A DNA stretch of 64,000 nt from Takakia lepidozioides. Its lineage: Eukaryota > Plantae > Bryophyta. Of this stretch, positions 12,659 through 26,645 are shown piece after piece. Both the position numbers and the translations under genes were made by a program. Position 1 is the stretch's first letter, and the number at the start of each line of letters is the position of its first letter. Location of the stretch: positions 6,820,001 through 6,884,000 of the forward strand of contig CM060732.1 of the NCBI GenBank assembly GCA_030704615.1. The letters are read 5' to 3'. Below the pieces are notes generated by a model, which saw only the letters and a list, made by a program, of their open reading frames with translations, was not told where the DNA came from and did no database searches.

Positions 12659-15600
12659 TCATGACAGTTGCCTCCGATTCATGGCGGGGCAGCTGCTCAC
12701 CCAAGACATTGCCAGCAGGAACCGTTCTGGTACAGGGGGATCAATGCCACACATGGGATCTGTGTCACACGGAGGCTCCGCAGCGGATAGGGGATCAAGG
12801 TCGAGCAGCTTGGCCATGCCCCCATTGAGTGTCCCAAGTCGTGTTACACAAGTTCGGACAATTAAACCCTTTGGTACATGTGGCCGCAACATCTTGAACA
12901 CCTTCACTTGGTGCTTGCATAGGTTCCCTTCCATGGCGTTAGGGCAGTCACAACAAGCCCACTCGGATGCTCGACTGTATATATTGTATACAGTGCCTGG
13001 AGAAGACATGCTTTTTATTTTCGCAGGATCCCCCGTGTGCTGGGGCAATTCCACGTTGGATTCCGATATCTGCCCAGCCATCCACACCGCATTTTGCACA
13101 AAATGCTCCATCCTAGAGTTGTGAATGAAACCTTCAGCTTTCAAGGTCAAAATGTACCAATAATGTGTGAGGAGGCTACCTGTTAGGATGTAGACCAACC
13201 AATCCAGTCGATGCCCGTCCATTTTCTGTCTTGTTTGAAACAAGCGCCTCTTCAGGTTGGCATGGTACGCTTCAATTCCAACATTCGTATCTTGTCCGGC
13301 ATGTGGGATATTTTGAGCTCCAACAACCACATGTCCACTTTTGGGATCCACCATTTGTGGATATACAAGAAGAACAGTTCAGTTGCGGGATACTTTGTTT
13401 GTAAGTCATACAATTGAAACATAGCCCAGGCCTGCGAAGAGTCACCAATGGGACCACCTTTATTGTACATGATGTCCCCCATACCTTGCAAGACATCGGC
13501 CCTTAATTGGGCATCCTTGATCTTCTCGATGGCATTCCTCAGCCAGGCCCTTCGAACATGCCAAAGGCACAGGAAAACCGGCACCCCTGGGAACGTATGC
13601 TTGAACTATCCACAAAACCGCATTAGCAAGACCACTACAATACCACAACAGGACCACCACAAAATCAGATACAAGTATGATTCTCTGATAAGTGCTCCCC
13701 TACCCGTGATCCCGTGATCCCCTTTCACTGAACCCCTGATCCCCTTTTACTGAACCCCTCATGCAGATCCGGTGAAGGCAATGAAAGGGGAATACATGAG
13801 CCCTCCTATGGCCAATCGAAGGCCGATAAAAATCACATTGTCGGATCTAAGATCTGCTGGTCCTGATCCCCTGGTACCCTGAGTGTCCCAAGTCCCTGAT
13901 CACCGATCCCATAATTGATCCCCTTTCACTTATCCCCCCATGCAACCTTTGACCCCTGGACCCTCGATCATTGTCGGATCTAACATCTGCTGCTCCTGAT
14001 CCCCTGGTACCCTCAGTCTCCTGGTCCCTTGATCACTGATCCCATAATCGATCCCCTTTCACTGATCCCCCATACAACCCTACAGTCATGGTCCCCTCTA
14101 CACGGATCCCCCGCTAAGAAACATTGTGACTGGTCCCCTCTCTGTGCCCTCCTCATGCAGAAGCAGACAAGGCAATGGAAGTTCATTGATAAGGGGGAGG
14201 GGTTGCAAATAAACCGAATGGCGTTAATCTCAGCATCGGCATCGTCCACAATGAATGCGTTGGGACGCCAATCCGGCTGATCGGCTCGGAGCCTTTGACG
14301 AAGAGCCAACATCCAACTTGACAAATCGTTGGTATTGTTTTTTGAAGATATTATGTATGCAACAGGGATGCCGTTCAGCCAAATGTCGAAGACCATAAGA
14401 GTATACATGGCATACTGCACACAAAGACAAAAATGTGCAATGTAAGTATTTTTTTTTTTAAAATAGGCGAAATATTTTACTGAAATAAATGACAAGAAAT
14501 CACAGGAGGTGAACCCCGAACCTTGTAACCCCTTCTGTTCTCATTTTAGTATTATGTGATCCCCCCTATGGGCTATGCCATGATCCCCTGGAAGGAGACC
14601 ATCCCTCCATCATTCCTCTCTATAACCCCCCAAGGCATGCATTTGCTAAGTTGTCTTCCCTCCTGCCGGCGCACCCCTCACTTCGAATCACACAAGTACA
14701 CGTCATGGTCCCAAAATGGTCCCAACATATACAGAGCAGTATACATAATGGAGTAACTTGGCCCATGTGTCTGGTCCCCTAATGGGCTGAGGCAGGCGTG
14801 GTGTCGAATCCGATAGGGGGATTAATAGGTCACTGGTGATGACCCAGTGTCGTGATCCCCTACACATCGGATAAGGCTATGCTCCCCCTATGCCACTGCT
14901 CTCCGCTCTCATGCTCCCAGGAGTCCACGCCGTCGATTCCACACACCTTGTGTTCATTGATTCCGAAGGACACATCACAAGAGACGATTCGTTTGTCACC
15001 CATTTCGAGCATTGTTTTTTTCTGAAATTTTGTTTGAATGCCAATGGCAAATTTGAGGTCGACATTGCCGCGCCGTGTTCCTCCAGCACGGGCATCGGGC
15101 GTGTCCTCTTGATAGAAGAAAACACTTTGGGGCTGGGCCTCCTTCCACATCTTCAGACTGGTCCCCTCGTCCTTATGTCGCTTGAAAGTCTCACATGCAA
15201 GCTTGTCCATGATGTTTCTAATGTCATGCTCAAGCACAACATCATCATGACACCACTTCTCTCCATTGACCTTGCTGTCAAATACCTGTTGTTCATGTTG
15301 GGCCATGATTTCAGCAGGCGACAACCCAACACGTATGCTATCCGTTATCCACATCTTAACCTCTTCACTAAGGTGAGGTGCATGTGCGAAACGGGTGTTA
15401 CTTGAAGGTCAATGTGGCCATGGCAAACCTTGTCACATCCATCAACATGATTTTTGTTGTAGTATGTTATGACAGCAAGAGAAGGATCCAGGTAGCATCG
15501 TCCAATCCTAAACTGACAAAGGCAACCCCTCTTGATGGACTCTCCCTGAACGACTTTCTTCCATCTCGGCCTTTTGTGGTTGTTGTAAGAAGGCGATGAA

Positions 15601-16172
15601 GCATCCAGCACACACCCTCTCCTGCCGTTCCTTCTCTTCAAAGAATGTTTAGTGACAGATACTACATTTTTGCGCTTGTCCTCAGGTCCATAAGAACAAT
15701 GGAACCTGAACAATGATAAGAGCTATGTCGGCAGAGTGGAATACTCGAAGCAAGAGAGCATAGCATTTTGACAAAATAGAAGAGCAAACAATGCAAACAA
15801 GCAGCATGCCATTACAAAGAACACACAGAGACCATCTAGAAACCACAAAGGTGAAGGCGGACTTTATCACAAGAGAGCAACTATTGGCCCTTGGAGCTAA
15901 GAGCTCGCCCTCCTCATGCTTTCCCTTTTTAGGCACCGTTTTGTTGAAGTGAGTGGGCGCCTCTGCCCTTTCTTCCTCCCCTCTCACAAAATCATCAATC
16001 CTGGTCCAAGGAATGACCGCAACATCCGTATTCACACAATGTCCACCTCCACTTGAAATAATTGGAGTCCATATAAGCGACTTGTGGTTGAAGGAACCAT
16101 CCGGGGGGATTTGCAACGTGCCACGCAGCTGTGATAGAAGGAATGACGTGCGCAACTCTGAAGATCCAGTCA
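12659..16172 (-). pseudogene. Mutator-family (MULE) DDE transposase with SWIM zinc finger, multi-exon and frameshifted
   Basis: IPWTRIDDFVRGEE; FHCSYGPED...KRGCLCQF; first D (SCDVSFG); second D (IVDDADAEINAI); CLWHVRRAW; E (GIEAYH); SWIM CDC-x7-CKH. Same architecture as the plant At4g13970/At1g60560-type SWIM proteins. Confidence 0.88.
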
Positions 16173-16439
16173 TGATGCCCCGCACCCCTGCAGGAACAGT
16201 ACACAGCAGCAGACCACACGCGTCATGTAGAAACAGTACACAATAGCAAACTACACGCACAAGTGCAGCATACATGAGCGCAAAGAGGATCAAATCTGCG
16301 AGCAGCCGGAAACCCTAAATTTCAATACATCCACTCCGTTCATCTCGCAGACCAAAATGGCGGGGGACGTGCATGGCCGTTGGATGGGGGAAGACGACAC
16401 AGATGAACAGAATGATAGCCACGTGCAAATAGCCCAGAC

Positions 16440-18130
16440 ACTTGACACGTGGAAGGGGGATCGCGGACGGGGGGGGGGGGGGGGGAGGATGGGGGATCAC
16501 GCCAGGTGGTGTGGGGATGAACGGAGAGGGGACCGCCATAGGGGGGACGATCCCCTGTTCCGCCGTTGACGCGCCGGTGGGGGGGTCGAGGGTGGGAAGA
16601 CACGTGGCATGGCGGGGGCGGGGGATCAACCGAGGCGGGTGGGGGGGCGACAGCTCGGGGATCACGTCTTGGATCAGACAAGGGGATCGACGGCTACGGA
16701 GACCGCCACGTGGTGGTAGAAGACGAGAGGGGGATCAATTCCCGGTTTGGACGGGGGATCAACCGAGGCAGGGGGGAGCGGCCCGGGGGATTGCCACATG
16801 GATGGGAGGCCGGGATCAAATGCGGGGGGACCGCGGATGACCCAATTTTGAGGTTGGATGGATGCGCAGGGGATCCGCGGTTCAGGGGAGCACCACGTGG
16901 CGGCCGATGGCTGGAGGGGGATCAGTAACCGCATTAGACGGGGGAGCAACCGGGGGGGGGGGACCAGTGAGGGCCCGGGGGATCGCGTCGTCGATGGGAC
17001 GAGGGGATCGACGGCGGGGGGAGCGCCACGCGGCGTGTCAGTGTCATGGGCCTTCATCCGGCCGTCGTCCATCCCCTGCGCGGGAGGATGGGGGCGGATG
17101 ACCCATTGTTTTGAGGTTGGATGGAAGCGCAGGGGATCGACGGTTCGGGGGAGCAGCACGTGGCGGGCGATTAGGGGTGGGGGATCACTCCCGGTCCGGA
17201 GGGGGGATCAAGCCAGGTCTGGGGAGTGGCGACGTCTCGGGGGATCGCGCCGTGGATGGGACGAGGGGATCGGTGGCGGGGGGAGCGCCATGTGCCGGCC
17301 GATGGATGGAGGGGCATCAGTCACCGCATTGGACGGGGGATCAACCGAGGGGGGGGGGGGGGGGGGACGTCTCCGGGGATCGGGCCGTCGATGGGAAGAG
17401 GGGATCAACGGCGGGGGGAGCGGCACTGGCCTGTCAGTGTCATCGGCCCCTCATCCGGCCGTCGTCCATCCCCTGCACGGGAGGATGGCGGGGGGATGAG
17501 GGGCGGATGACACACAACATCCATTATTTGTGAGGTTGGATGGATGCAGAGGGGATCGACGGTTCGGAGGAGTAGCACGTGGCGCGCGATTAGGGTTGGG
17601 GGATCACTTCCGGTTCGGAAGGGGGATCAAGGCACGTCGGGGGAGTGGCGACGTCTCGGGGGATCGGGCCGTCGATGGGAATAGGGGATTGACGGCGGGT
17701 GGGCGGCACGTGGCCTGTCACTGTCATCCGCCCTTCATCCATCCATCCCCTCCACGGGAGGATGGCGGGGGGGGGGGTGAGGGGCGGATGACCGACATCA
17801 TCCATTTAATTGAGGTTGGATGGATGGGGAGGGGATCGACGGTTTGGGGAGCGCCACGTGGCTGGAGATGGGGGTGGGGGATCACTCCGGCACTGGATGG
17901 GGGATCAACCTAGTGAGGGGATCCAGAGCGGGGGCCGCCACGTGGCTGGAGATCGGGCGGTGTTGTGGGCGCCGCGTGGCCAGCGGTGGGGCGGGGGTCA
18001 GGGGTCCTGGGTCCCGGGCAGGCGGGCGGGCGGGCGGGGGCGGAGGGGGGTGGGGATGATTTGACATGGGGCGTCCAGCTCACCGACGAGGCTGCCGGAG
18101 CGGGGTTCCCCGGCTGTACCTCGCGGGCTG
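16440..18130. repeat. GC-rich degenerate tandem repeat (~270-400-bp units) upstream of the transposase
   Basis: Recurring GAGGTTGGATGGA...GGGGATCGACGG blocks at ~16850, 17113, 17533 and 17812. Confidence 0.75.
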
Positions 18131-18310
18131 TACCTGTCAGCTCACACGCTTGCAATAAAATCAAGCCACATCCATATTGGGACCGAAAAATGACAACCTC
18201 TCGATGAAACGCGAGAGTCTAGGTAGGAACGAGGAGGTAGGTACGTAGGTGGTAGGTACGTACAAGGGTAAACTGACTCACTCGCTGCCCTAAAAACCAG
18301 TTATGTCCGG

Positions 18311-18434
18311 TAGCGCTCGAGAGGAGCCCATGCCACCGGATATAGCAGGTCGCCATGACACCTCGCCGCTAACGCGGCTCGGTAGGTCCTGGCTCCCTGC
18401 TATATCCGGTAGCAGGGGCTCCTCTCGAATGCTA
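18311..18434. other. 124-bp foldback (MITE-like or pre-miRNA-like)
   Basis: 39-nt arms 18311-18349 and 18396-18434 are complementary with 4 mismatches; inner GCCGC-taac-GCGGC stem. Confidence 0.7.
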
Positions 18435-19493
18435 ACCTAGTCCATGGAAGCGTGGAGGTCGCTAGCTATGACCGGCTTGTGTGCCATGGAGCCCTTGGTC
18501 ACATGAATTGCATCTATTGCTGCAATTACGTGATATCATTGGCTACCCAATTTCAACCTGTATATATGATTCAAAGAAAAGAAAATAAGCAAGACTTAAT
18601 TTATTAAGCCCATAAAGTTATATGAACCTGACCCTCATTCCATTAACCAACTTGAGAAGGAAACAATGTCCACTTCTTCATTCCAGGGCTAGAGGTGGCT
18701 GGAACGTGGAGGTTTGCTATCAATGTCAATCTAGGGCTACAGATGGCTGGAATGTGGAGGTTTGCTGAGGTTTGCCGTCCATGTTGACCTTGAATAGCCC
18801 TATCATGGCCCATGGGCCAGTGATCTCCAAGACTTTGCGTTTTGCGGAGTTTGCGAGCCTGGCGCCGATAAAGGGTACAGGGTCACAGATAGATGGTGCA
18901 TTTTTTAACATGGTCCGAAGGGGTAAGATAGAAGCAAATATTGGCATGAAGTCATAACCGAGCATTTAAAGGGACTCGAAGACCCTCATATAGTTCCCCA
19001 GTTGGCACCAACATACCTCACAACAGGACAATCAATAGACTCTAGAGTCCCAAAAGAACCAACAACAGCAACAGAGAGACATGTTGACCCTACACATCTG
19101 AGTAATATTCAATAAAACCATTTATTTCAGAATTATTCAAGCTGCAAGTACAAACACACACCACCACAATGAGCACACACAGGAATGTGACCTCATGCTT
19201 CACACTTAGCCTCTTACAAGGAAGCAAGTCTACTTCCTTGTGGCCTTGATTTGGGGAGCCCATACACAAAAGAACAAAGGTTTCAGGTACAATGGCTACA
19301 AGTGGAACTTCTCTAGGGGTTCAATCATGAAGAGCATTAACTTGTCAAGTGCCATGGTCACATCCATTCCATAAGTAGTAATGGGCCAACCTCTTTCTGT
19401 TTCTCCCTATGTCTCTTTCTCACTGTGATTTGACATTCCCATCTCTGCTATTTAACAGATATGACTATCCTTCCCAATCTTCCCCACCACAGC

Positions 19494-22400
19494 TCAGGGT
19501 TTCAGTGGAGACAAGCTGTGAGAACCTCCCAACCCATGCTCATAGAGTGATCCATCACTTCTGATGCGATGAACACGGTTTTGAAATGTTGGGGTCACAC
19601 TACGTGCGTCTCCATGTAGCTGCGGACTGTAATTTTGTGTGGGTGAGAAAAGTGCAGAATGGCTCAACCCAGGGTGCTCCTTAGCAGTAGCAAGTGCCCT
19701 GGGAGGCAGGCGATGCTGGTGGGTATGGTGATGATGCATATGGGAAAAAACCTCCTCTGACGGACCCCGACCCTTATTGCCGTTTGACCGGTCGGCCCCT
19801 GACCCTACCTTACTCCCCTTTCCCCCACTGTGGCTTCTTTGATGAGAGGACATGGAGCCAACTGGCAACAAACTTGATCCCCCTCGTTTGGGAGTCTTAC
19901 TTGAAGTCTTATTTGCTCTTCCAGAGCCCAAGGCAGCTCGAGCCACACTGTCAACTGCAGCATCTCTTGCAGAGACAGCCTTCATAGCTTGTTTGTTGAA
20001 GTACAGGATGTGAGGCACCAGCCCAACAACCAGTTTTCGGAGAGGTTCATCCCCAAGGTTGCTGTGAAGTGCATTCCCTAGGAGATTAATTGCCTGCAGA
20101 GAGTTGTAGTTTGCAGCAAGCTGGCCGATGGACTTAGGCGTGGTCAGCTTGTTGAAGCTCAGATCCAAGAAGCTCAGTTTCAACAGGCGATGGAGCCCTT
20201 CAACCTCACTGATCTTGTTTCCTGCCAGATGGAGTTCTCTAAGAGAAGTGCAGCTAGCCAATCCTGGACAACACATCCAAGAAAAGCAATGAGCCCAGTT
20301 GTCTACATCTATACAACCTTTTAACTCTATATCCGGCATTGGTTACATGAGCCATATAGTGATCAATGCAGGCCGTTGCAAAAATAGAGCAATAAAAGAA
20401 TTAGTCAGAGAGCAGAAAATAGTTGTGAAAGCCTAACAGGACCAGCCAGCCATGCAAGCCTACCTCACCACAAGTCTCAAGTCAACAAAGCTGGGGACCA
20501 ACTTGCCACAAATTAGATTACAATGAATTGCTTCACCCGACTTATGTTTGGAACCACCAAATGGACCCCTCCATCTCGTCCATGCAAACTTGTTGCCCTT
20601 AGGTTAACCTAGAACTACCAGGATACACTGAACCTATTCCTATACACCATACTAATACACCATATGCCACATGACCCCTCTAGTACACATTCACACTTAG
20701 GGCTCAGCTTGTCTATTCCAGGTCAAACACTCTAAACAGGCAACATAATTCTCTCTAGACAACTACAATAGAAATAAGAAAGAAAATACCATGTCCAATC
20801 CGAGAAATGCGGTTATGAGATAAGTTTAGGATACGAAGACGGGTGAGTTCTCGCAACCCTTCAATTGCTGTGAGTTTGTTATGAGACAGATCCAGTGAAT
20901 GCAGGCTCTTTGGTAGAGATTCAGGAACAATACGCACTGCATACACCACCACCTCAGAGTCAGATGTACACAAGGAATGAAAATACCAAGTGAAAACTGC
21001 AACCAATAAATGTTTCACCAAATATTTATGATGTAAATGGCATGTTAGATTGGATGCTTCACCACAGAGAGTTTATTTGTCTAAGTGGCAACCTCTCCAA
21101 AATGTGCAGTTCAACTCAAGGAAGAGCAAATCACCGTCTATCAAATAAGTTACTGTAATGCACATTTCACCGTCAACAAATATGAACAATGTAGGACATA
21201 GCAGAGTGCCACTTATGTGGGGTAATCTCATAACTGGAGGAACAACAATATCAAGACAGACAGCTTGCAACAAGCAGGATGACCCTGGTTGCATCAATAC
21301 TAGAGTTGGGAGCTCACCTATGGAGTTCGCTGAAAGGTTAAGGGTCTTCAAGCCGTTGAACGGTCCTAGAGGTGGAACAATTCTCAATCCCACACCAGAG
21401 AAATGCGCCACTGTTGATAAGGGATTAACAGACCGGGCAATCAAACTTGCCATTTCAGCATCTCTCTCCAAAACTGTATCACCATGGGGATCCTTATGCT
21501 CCAATAGAGCAATTCCATCTAAATGCAGCTGGTTACCTGGCAATGATCTCATGCTGAAAAAAGAAGCTGCTGGTGCTGTAGGCGAGCCCGACCCTTTACC
21601 TGTCTGCCCATTCACTTCCATCTCCTCATCAACTGGACCTGCCACAGATGCGATACTGCTCACCCACTCTTCGACACGCTTGAGGTCAGGTTTCTCACGA
21701 TTGGATGGCTTCGACTCTTTTACATTACCGGTGGTCCTCAGCTTTCTTGGAGGCGACGGTGTGAGTGGCCACAGAACCTCAGACCGAACTACACTGTTGG
21801 CACTACCAATTTCACTTTCCTCAATTCTCACCTCCTGGATTTCTCCATCTTCTCCACCACTTGTGAGAAACAGTGAGTCTTTCACAGTTTCCACTTCATA
21901 ACCCTGTCGGGATAACTCATTTAAAAACATTGGAGAAGGATGGCCACTGCAATAATCCGCATCCAAACCATAGCTGGTGACAGCATTGGGCACTTCTCCC
22001 ATGCAAGGTCTATTGAAGGGACTGCTGGCTACCAATCCCTTCACCTCCTCATGGATGTTCCGATGTGTAACAAGAAACCCCTTCCACCAGGGTTTGCGCT
22101 TCTGCGACTGAAGAGCTTGCTTAGAAAACTTTAGCTTCAGAATCACGTCATCAGCATTTCTAAGCGCAACTTCAGAGTGCTGACTGCCCTGACCAGCCTG
22201 AACTGCTTTACTTAGAGTGGCAGGCAAATCCTTCGTGTTGAGATCTGCAGACGAACTGGCATCAGAGGACACCACAATCACATGTTGCCCTGTTGATGTG
22301 CTTGCTAACTGTTGAGAACTGAACTCCAGATCACTGAGACGACCTTCACTGCAAGTTTCATTCAAAACAAGAGGATCTATCTCCCGTGATTGATGATCAG

Positions 22401-23543
22401 ATTGACTGCAAGGAAGAAACATTGGACTGCGCACCAACTCCATGTCTTTTGCATTGTAGACACCTGGATCACTGACATAATCGCAACATATTTCCTCATC
22501 TGAAAAGTGTTGATCATCGACTATGTCAGATCTAGGAGCCCCATAAGACTGAGTTTCGTAGTATCTGGCACTCTCATTGTCCACAATGTGCCCCAAACTT
22601 CCATCTTCAGTGGCAGGATACATATCCCCTTCAGAGAAAGGCCGATCGCTCACACATTCCCTCCCCTCAGGAGCACCTGTTTCGGAGGGGGTTGGTTTTA
22701 GCATGCAGGTCAACATTTCTGGCAAGAACACTCATCAAGAAGTCCACCTTTGCCCACTATATCTCCATCCTAGTTTGATCTTACAAAACAATAAACTGCA
22801 AAAAAAGGCACTGACCTGTGACTCCGTCATCCTCATCTCCTCCCTCATATGCCACTTCCCCCACAGGATCAAGGAGCATTGCCTTCTCAGACATGTTTCC
22901 CAACCTGTTATTTGCCTTGAAGCTCCGAGCTAAATCAAGGATCTCAAACTCAAAAACAACAGAGGTATGTGCCTTGTCAACAGAGAGGGGGTCATTCTGC
23001 TCTGACCAGACAAAGTCATTGCGTTCCCTGACCCACTCAGACATGGAAGGAGCAGAAATTAACTTCTTTGCGACACTGCCACCAGGACTCTTGAGCTCAA
23101 CATCCAGGATTGAATCATTCTCCCCTAGTGCATGAGAGCAAGCTTTCTCTACATCAAGAGGTACCTTTGAGACATGTCCCTCATAAAGCTTCATGGTGTC
23201 TACCCCTTCAGCCACTGCACCCTGCATCAACAATCACACCTATAACAGACACTTCCTGAATGTTCATTTAGGCAACTACCGCAAGAGGGGAAAGACCTGA
23301 TCTCAAGTATTCCAAAGTGTGTTTCTATATTCCCAATGAGAATGCCTACTCAAAAACCACAACCTGGTTTTCCTGATCAAATGGAGCATAAGTAATAAAA
23401 TAGTACATCCAAAATGCCAATCCAATAAGCTGTAGGACAAATATGACATCACACATTATCAGAAAACATCCGTTTCAGATGTGAGACACCTTTACCTTCG
23501 TCTTTCGACTGAACATGGATTTGAGAAAGGTGATCTTTGCCAT
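19494..23543 (-). CDS. LRR protein of the 'outer arm dynein light chain 1-like'/MASP1 (At4g03260/At1g78230) family, ~923 aa
   Basis: Exons complement(23496-23543, 22816-23221, 21318-22718, 20790-20936, 19494-20263), all GT-AG with consistent phases, 2772 nt in total. Begins MAKITFLKSMFSRKTK; SDS22-like LRRs (LDLSHNKLTAIEGLRELTRL; LAGNKISEVEGLHRLLKL; GQLAANYNSLQAINLLGN). Confidence 0.9.
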
Positions 23544-25289
23544 ATCTCCTCTATCTCGGCCTTCTCGATGGGAGCACCAGATCCTTCAAGGCTTTCTCCT
23601 CCAGGCCAACCACTTTCCAAATAGCTTCCACGCTACCAGAAGCTAAATTCTTTTGCACATCTCACAGATAGACACGGCATGAAGCTGCAGGTAGATACAA
23701 TACCAGGCGTAACAACTCTTGTATCCTTCGAAAGACAGGCCTCTCATGGTACCTTATGTTTTTTCCCCAAGGAGGTCACACCACGCACCAACTTGTGAAC
23801 ATTTGTTGCACAAACTCTAGAATTCAGAATCTACAGAATGAGACTGGATCGTCAGGTCAATAAATTCTATAGGGAAAGATGGAGGAGAGGAGTGTCACCT
23901 CCTGACCCCAGAAAAGAAACTGTCTACATCGGTAAAGCTCTTCCCACTTTCCCACTTCACTGTAGGGACATTAGCCGTAGTCTACAGATAGCCCTTGCAC
24001 CATGCGGCAGGCCCTCCAAATCTGAGAATGTCTCGCCTTTTGAGGTCCAACACGGGCTGGGCAGACGCCAGCTCGCCCCCACACCTGCCAAGAGGTGCGA
24101 GAACGAGTTCTTACAGGGGCGGCCAGAGTGAACTCTCAGAATCACACAAAGTTTATGGCCTCCCACCGACTGTTCGTTCGCGTCATTTAACCTGCAACAA
24201 GCGATCACGTAGACTTAGGAACAGGGGGAACGCTCAAAGTAAAGGACACGGCCGATCCATTCATAAACCAATCAATCTAACAGAAGGAAACACGTCTGGT
24301 TGGACACAGACAAAACTGCTTGCAACAGTGAAAAGCGCAGACCATTATAGAAAATTGCTGCTGAAAAGCAAGCAAAGCTACTCCCACACACCACCAACGA
24401 CCACAATCCGGCTGATAAACAAGACAGAATAGATGACGAGAACCTATCACATCACGGACAAAAAGGTGATCACGCCGTCATGAAAATTCTATAGAACAAA
24501 CTGAATTGATACCGAAATCCATACTCAGGGTCCTAGCCTAAACACAAGCCAATCAGAGAGAGGATCATACCGCACTGTATCCCGCTTAGCAATGTGACAA
24601 GCACAGAAAAGGCTAACAATCATCTAGCAAAATCCCGAACGAAAGTAAAAGGAAAACCCATCGAGAGGAGGAGGAGAAACAGAGGCAGGAGACATGCAGA
24701 TAGAGAGAGATCGCAGGGCGGCACAAGAGCAAGGACACGCTCTTCAAGAAGACCGTCCGACAAAGACCACCTTGGATCGTCCGATCCTCCGATCCAAGGG
24801 CCCAGATCCTCTTGAGCACAAGAGCGTTGATGAATGATTGATGGCTGTCGATAAACTACCTACGGCTCACAATTAACCCCGGGAACGACTTCGAGAACCC
24901 AAATGGAGCAGATTCTGGCAGCAGGGATTGAAGCCACGGAAACCATTTCATCTGCGTTCCTGTTTCCTCGATCTCCACCTTCACCAATCTGTTTGAAGTT
25001 AATACAAAGTGGAGAGACTGAAAGGTCAGGCCTAGGAAGGGGAGATTAACGTTGGTTTGTAGTGCAAAAAGTTGAAACGACCTGCGCAAGAAGTTCATTT
25101 CTCATGTTCTTGTGCTGCTCAATGCTGCGAAAGTTGGACGCAGATATGATCAATTGAAGGTGCCGCAGGACGCTGGCTATGTCGTACCTTGAGGGCGGGA
25201 TATGAAGCCTCTCGGAGGCAGTTGATAAAAGTCCTATCCATTGGAATATAGAACTCGGTCCAAAGCGATTTTCCGCACGAGCATAGCCA

Positions 25290-26645
25290 ATGGCAACTCG
25301 GTTGTTGAGGTGTAAGGGTTGGTACGGACACCATGCTGGAAAGCACAATGCTCATGTTCTAGCACCGAATCCCTACTTGCAGTTCTTGCGCGCACGCCAG
25401 GCAATGAGCATAGAGCGGCTCTGGGAGTTCTTTTCAGAGCCTTCAGATTGGTGGGACACCAAGTGTAAGAAGGTGAGGTTATCTTCGTGGGATTGGTGTG
25501 ACTGACGGTGCAGTTTGTGGAGTGTAATGTCTCCAGGTTGTTGGATTATCAACAATTTGCTGTCAGTTTTTGAAAAGCCCTCAAGCCTAATAGAAATGTT
25601 GCTATGAAAAGGTTGTTTTTCCTCGTCAGAGGTGTTGAAAGCAGGTTGTTCAAGGTTGTTCGTTGTTATTAGAAAGATGCTGGAGCCTCGTACTTGAAGC
25701 CTGGTCTGTTACTGTGGTAGAAGCTATATGGCAGTTGCTCACGTTCCATGGGGTTTGTCACAGAAATGTCCAAGATCACCGGACTTCAGACATAAGTGGA
25801 GAACGGAGGTCCCCTACATTGAGAGTTGGTCGAATCCTCCTAGGGTGCAAGCAGAGTTTGCCTCCATGATACAAGGACAAGGACGATCTCGTAATGCGGA
25901 TGGAGCTCGAGGCAGAGAATACGATGGGCATCATTTCACTGATAATTCAGGGATTCCAATCCAAGCAGATAGAATTGGTACAGTTCAGATTGCTGTGGAT
26001 CTGTAGTACAAAATTTTCTGGGCATTTTTTGACATGAAGAGGTCTTTCTTAAGGAAATATATCATGTAGTTTTAGTGTAAGGGTTGTAACAAAAGTTGTC
26101 AGTCATGCAGGATGGCACAGTTAAATCAGCCACAGGTGTTTGCTGGACATGGGACTTGCAGGGCTATCACCTCCACCATCACCATTTCGTTTGACAGAGG
26201 TCAAAGGGGGAGTTCACAAGAAGAGTTCTGGCACTTGTGGGGACTTGAGGATACTCTGTAAAGCAGGATTCATGAAAGAATGGCCACACATTATGAACCG
26301 GCAAGGCATTCAGGCAGACTCCTATACTTATGTATGTCTCTTGCAGGCGTGCATCGACAAGAAGGATCTAGCAGAGGGAAAGGAGTTGCACTCCCACATT
26401 ATCCAAACTGGATTCAAGCCAAACACCCCCCGACTCAATACCCTTATAAATATGTATGGCAGGTGCGGGAGCATTGTGGATGCATGCCAAGTTTTCGACA
26501 AAATGCCTGAACGAACTGTGTTTACCTGGACTATAATGATAGTAGCATATGCCAAGCATGGGAGTGGTATGGAGGCATTAAAAGTTTATGAGCAAATGAA
26601 ATGGGATGGAGTCACACCCAACAGGGTTACGTTCATTTGCATAGT
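25290..26645 (+). pseudogene. Truncated gene: OSB-type PDF motif followed by PLS-class PPR repeats
   Basis: Exon 25290-25472 (GT) spliced to 25764 (AG) gives LWEFFSEPSDWWDTKCKKKCPRSPDFRHK...PPRV; 26300-26642 encodes a PLS triplet (TYVCLLQAC...LINMYGRCGSIVDACQVFDKM...VFTWTIMI...PNRVTFICI) that is cut off by LINE sequence. The exon 2-3 junction is uncertain. Confidence 0.75.

Noticed and set aside
16315-18207. Many overlapping G/P/R-rich ORFs
   Set aside because: Artefacts of a stop-poor GC-rich repeat.
18420-18445. Helitron 3' end (hairpin + CTAG)
   Set aside because: The hairpin is far longer than typical and no RepHel or 5' TC end was identified.
21073-21317. C-terminal extension of the 552-aa ORF
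   Set aside because: Read-through into an intron after the GT donor at 21317.
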